A model generated the notes under the pieces. That model was given only the letters and a program-made list of their open reading frames with translations. It ran no database searches and was not told the DNA's origin. The translations under genes were made by a program, and so were the position numbers. DNA of 64,000 bases from positions 86,028 through 150,027 of the forward strand of contig OY970273.1 in the NCBI GenBank assembly GCA_963715755.1, read 5' to 3'. Every line of letters starts with the position of its first letter. The stretch's first letter is position 1. Of the stretch, positions 62,169-64,000 are shown in pieces. The DNA comes from an uncultured Planctomycetaceae bacterium. Lineage in GTDB: Bacteria > Planctomycetota > Planctomycetia > Pirellulales > PALSA-1355.

Positions 62169-63923
62169 TCACTGGCCTTTCTTGATCGCCGCTTCGGTCC
62201 GCTCGACCAGCGACTCGAGAAACTCGGTCCCCTTGGCCAGCGCCGTGTGGCCGGTAAAGACATAGTCCGGCTTGCGCGGCAGGACCTTTTCGCGAATCAC
62301 CCGGGTCACCGCCTGGGCGGCCAGCACGTCGCCCCAGGTGCGGTGCAGGATGTGCGATTCGCCCTCGAAGCCGATGTCGCCGGTAAAGGCCACCCGCTTG
62401 CCGGCGAAATCCATCAGGTAAACGACCGAATCGAAACTGTGGCCGGGCACGAAGATCGCCTGCACTCGCTGGCCGCAGAGCGTGATCTCGGCCTCGTCTC
62501 CCACCTTGCCCAGGGGGAGCGGCTCGTCGACCGGCGTCGGCACCCAGATGCCGTAATCGGTCCAAGTGGGCATCAGCCAGCCGAGCGTCAGCGCGGCGGA
62601 TTGGGGCGCCACGATCTTGGCCCCGCCGGTGCGCCACAGATACAGGGCGCCGGCATGATCTCCGTGCGAGTGGCTGACCAGCACGTAGCGCAGCTGCTCC
62701 GGCGCAACGCCCGCGGCCCGCATCCGCTGCCAGGAGAGCGGGATCGCGGAGGAGCCGCCGCCGTCGACCATCAGCGCGCCCTCGGGGGCTTTGATCAGCC
62801 ACATGTCGCCCACGTAGGCGTGTTCGCCGCCCACGCGGCCGACAGAATAAATCGGCACGTCGGCAAAGACCGGTTTGGCCGGCTCGGTGGCCTCCGGCAC
62901 GCGCGCTGCCGGTAGCTCGGTGTGCCAGCGAACCTGGCCGCTGCTCTCCAGGCACCAAACCCGGCCCTGCTGCGTGCCGGCAAGCGCAAAGCCGCCGTCC
63001 GGGCTCCAAGCCAAGCGCGCGGCATCTCCCACGTCGATGTCGGCCCGCACTTGCCCGTCGGCCGCGAGCAAATACACCCGGCCGTCCCAGCAGCTGGCGA
63101 GCACCTGACCGCCGCCCGGGGCCACGGCCAGCGCGCTCACGGCATCGGGAAATTGCCAAGCCGAGTGCCAGGACCCGTTGTCCACGTCGAAGGCATAGAC
63201 CGTCCGGGCTGCTGGATCGGCCGGCAGCCACGAGCGGCCGGCGAGTCCCCGGGCAAACCAGCTTTGCGGCCAGCACCAGACTGTCTTGCCGGCGGCATCG
63301 AGCTGGACGTCGAACAGCCCGGCGGTTGGGAACTCGGCTGCGGCCAGCGTCTCGCCGCCGGCGCCAAACACCTGCAGCCGGCCGCGCTGCCGCGGGCAGT
63401 ACGACACCGGGTGATCGGGGTTCCAGCTGCCGATGCCGCGATCCTGCTTGAGCCGCAGCCAGCCGCGATACTCGGCCATCGCCACCCGGGAGCCGTCGCC
63501 GCTGACGCCCAGCGCGAGCGGCGCCCGAAACGGCAACAGCGTCTGCGGCCGTGTGCGAAACACCGCGGCCAGCTCCGGAAAATCGTCCGCCGCTTCGGGC
63601 GGCTGCTCGACCGCCGGCGCCGCGGCCAGTTCGTCGGCGGAGCGCCGCCAGAGCTCGGCCGAGGTGAGCGCGTTGCGCGTGGCCAGCAGGGCAGGGGGCA
63701 AGCGCAGCCGCGAGCGGGACTTTTCGTCGAGTGCGCTGGCATCCGGTGCCAGGTAGCCCAAGGCCAGCACGCGACCGTCGGCGCTGGCCGCCATCCGCAG
63801 CGGACGCTGATAGGCCAGCGGCCAGCTTTGCCCGCGGCCGGTGGCGTCGTACCGGCGCGCTCCGTCGTGCGACGAGACCGTAAACAGCTGGTTGCCCGAG
63901 CGGACCATCAGGTCTCCCAGCAA
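62169..63923 (-). CDS. beta-propeller (WD40/PQQ-like) + MBL-fold metallohydrolase fusion protein; N-terminus uncertain (may extend beyond window)
   Basis: C-terminal HSHGDHAG metallo-beta-lactamase motif; N-terminal repeated W/G beta-strand units. Confidence 0.7.
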   Translation of the reverse strand: MLGDLMVRSGNQLFTVSSHDGARRYDATGRGQSWPLAYQRPLRMAASADGRVLALGYLAPDASALDEKSRSRLRLPPALLATRNALTSAELWRRSADELAAAPAVEQPPEAADDFPELAAVFRTRPQTLLPFRAPLALGVSGDGSRVAMAEYRGWLRLKQDRGIGSWNPDHPVSYCPRQRGRLQVFGAGGETLAAAEFPTAGLFDVQLDAAGKTVWCWPQSWFARGLAGRSWLPADPAARTVYAFDVDNGSWHSAWQFPDAVSALAVAPGGGQVLASCWDGRVYLLAADGQVRADIDVGDAARLAWSPDGGFALAGTQQGRVWCLESSGQVRWHTELPAARVPEATEPAKPVFADVPIYSVGRVGGEHAYVGDMWLIKAPEGALMVDGGGSSAIPLSWQRMRAAGVAPEQLRYVLVSHSHGDHAGALYLWRTGGAKIVAPQSAALTLGWLMPTWTDYGIWVPTPVDEPLPLGKVGDEAEITLCGQRVQAIFVPGHSFDSVVYLMDFAGKRVAFTGDIGFEGESHILHRTWGDVLAAQAVTRVIREKVLPRKPDYVFTGHTALAKGTEFLESLVERTEAAIKKGQ

Positions 63924-64000
63924 GCTGGCCGGCCAGCCGCTGCGCCAATCCCCCTCGCCGTAGCGGAGCCAGCCCAGGTCCCAGAATGCATCGACGAGCG

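Overview
High-GC (roughly two-thirds G+C by eye) bacterial chromosomal segment whose gene content points to Planctomycetota: DUF1559/H-X9-DG prepilin-like protein, DUF1501 + PSCyt/PSD1 (DUF1549/DUF1553) gene pair, CRTAC1/ASPIC-UnbV FG-GAP protein, H4MPT-pathway fhcA/fhcC. Mostly housekeeping and envelope genes: rimK plus its retropepsin-like protease, hisF, thiS-thiG, AGXT-type aminotransferase + serA, plsC-like + cdsA, a flotillin/NfeD pair, an EPS cluster (Wzz/PCP, FemAB-like acyltransferase, NodB deacetylase, Wzx, GT4), penicillin-acylase family protein, gluconolactonase-like protein. Accessory-like parts: (i) a hisF-proximal operon of an intact PilT ATPase followed by a GspE/PilB-like protein whose Walker A, Walker B and His-box are all degenerate and which carries an N-terminal 3-TM anchor, plus a 4-TM protein; (ii) a lower-GC insertion after a MetE-like gene, bounded by an imperfect ~150-bp direct repeat of that gene's 3' end (duplication extending into a second, decayed ParE/antitoxin copy), carrying an intact ParE/RelE toxin-antitoxin pair and a 1341-aa membrane-anchored protein with a J-domain-like N-terminus, three discoidin-like and two NPCBM-like carbohydrate-binding modules; (iii) a serine-recombinase gene remnant in a low-GC patch. 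At least eight otherwise well-conserved genes are split by single-nucleotide frameshifts, which is more consistent with indel errors in the assembly than with biology, but this cannot be decided from sequence alone. No rRNA, tRNA or CRISPR array was recognised. The ORF track calls GTG/TTG starts as M, so many listed ORF starts are not ATG.
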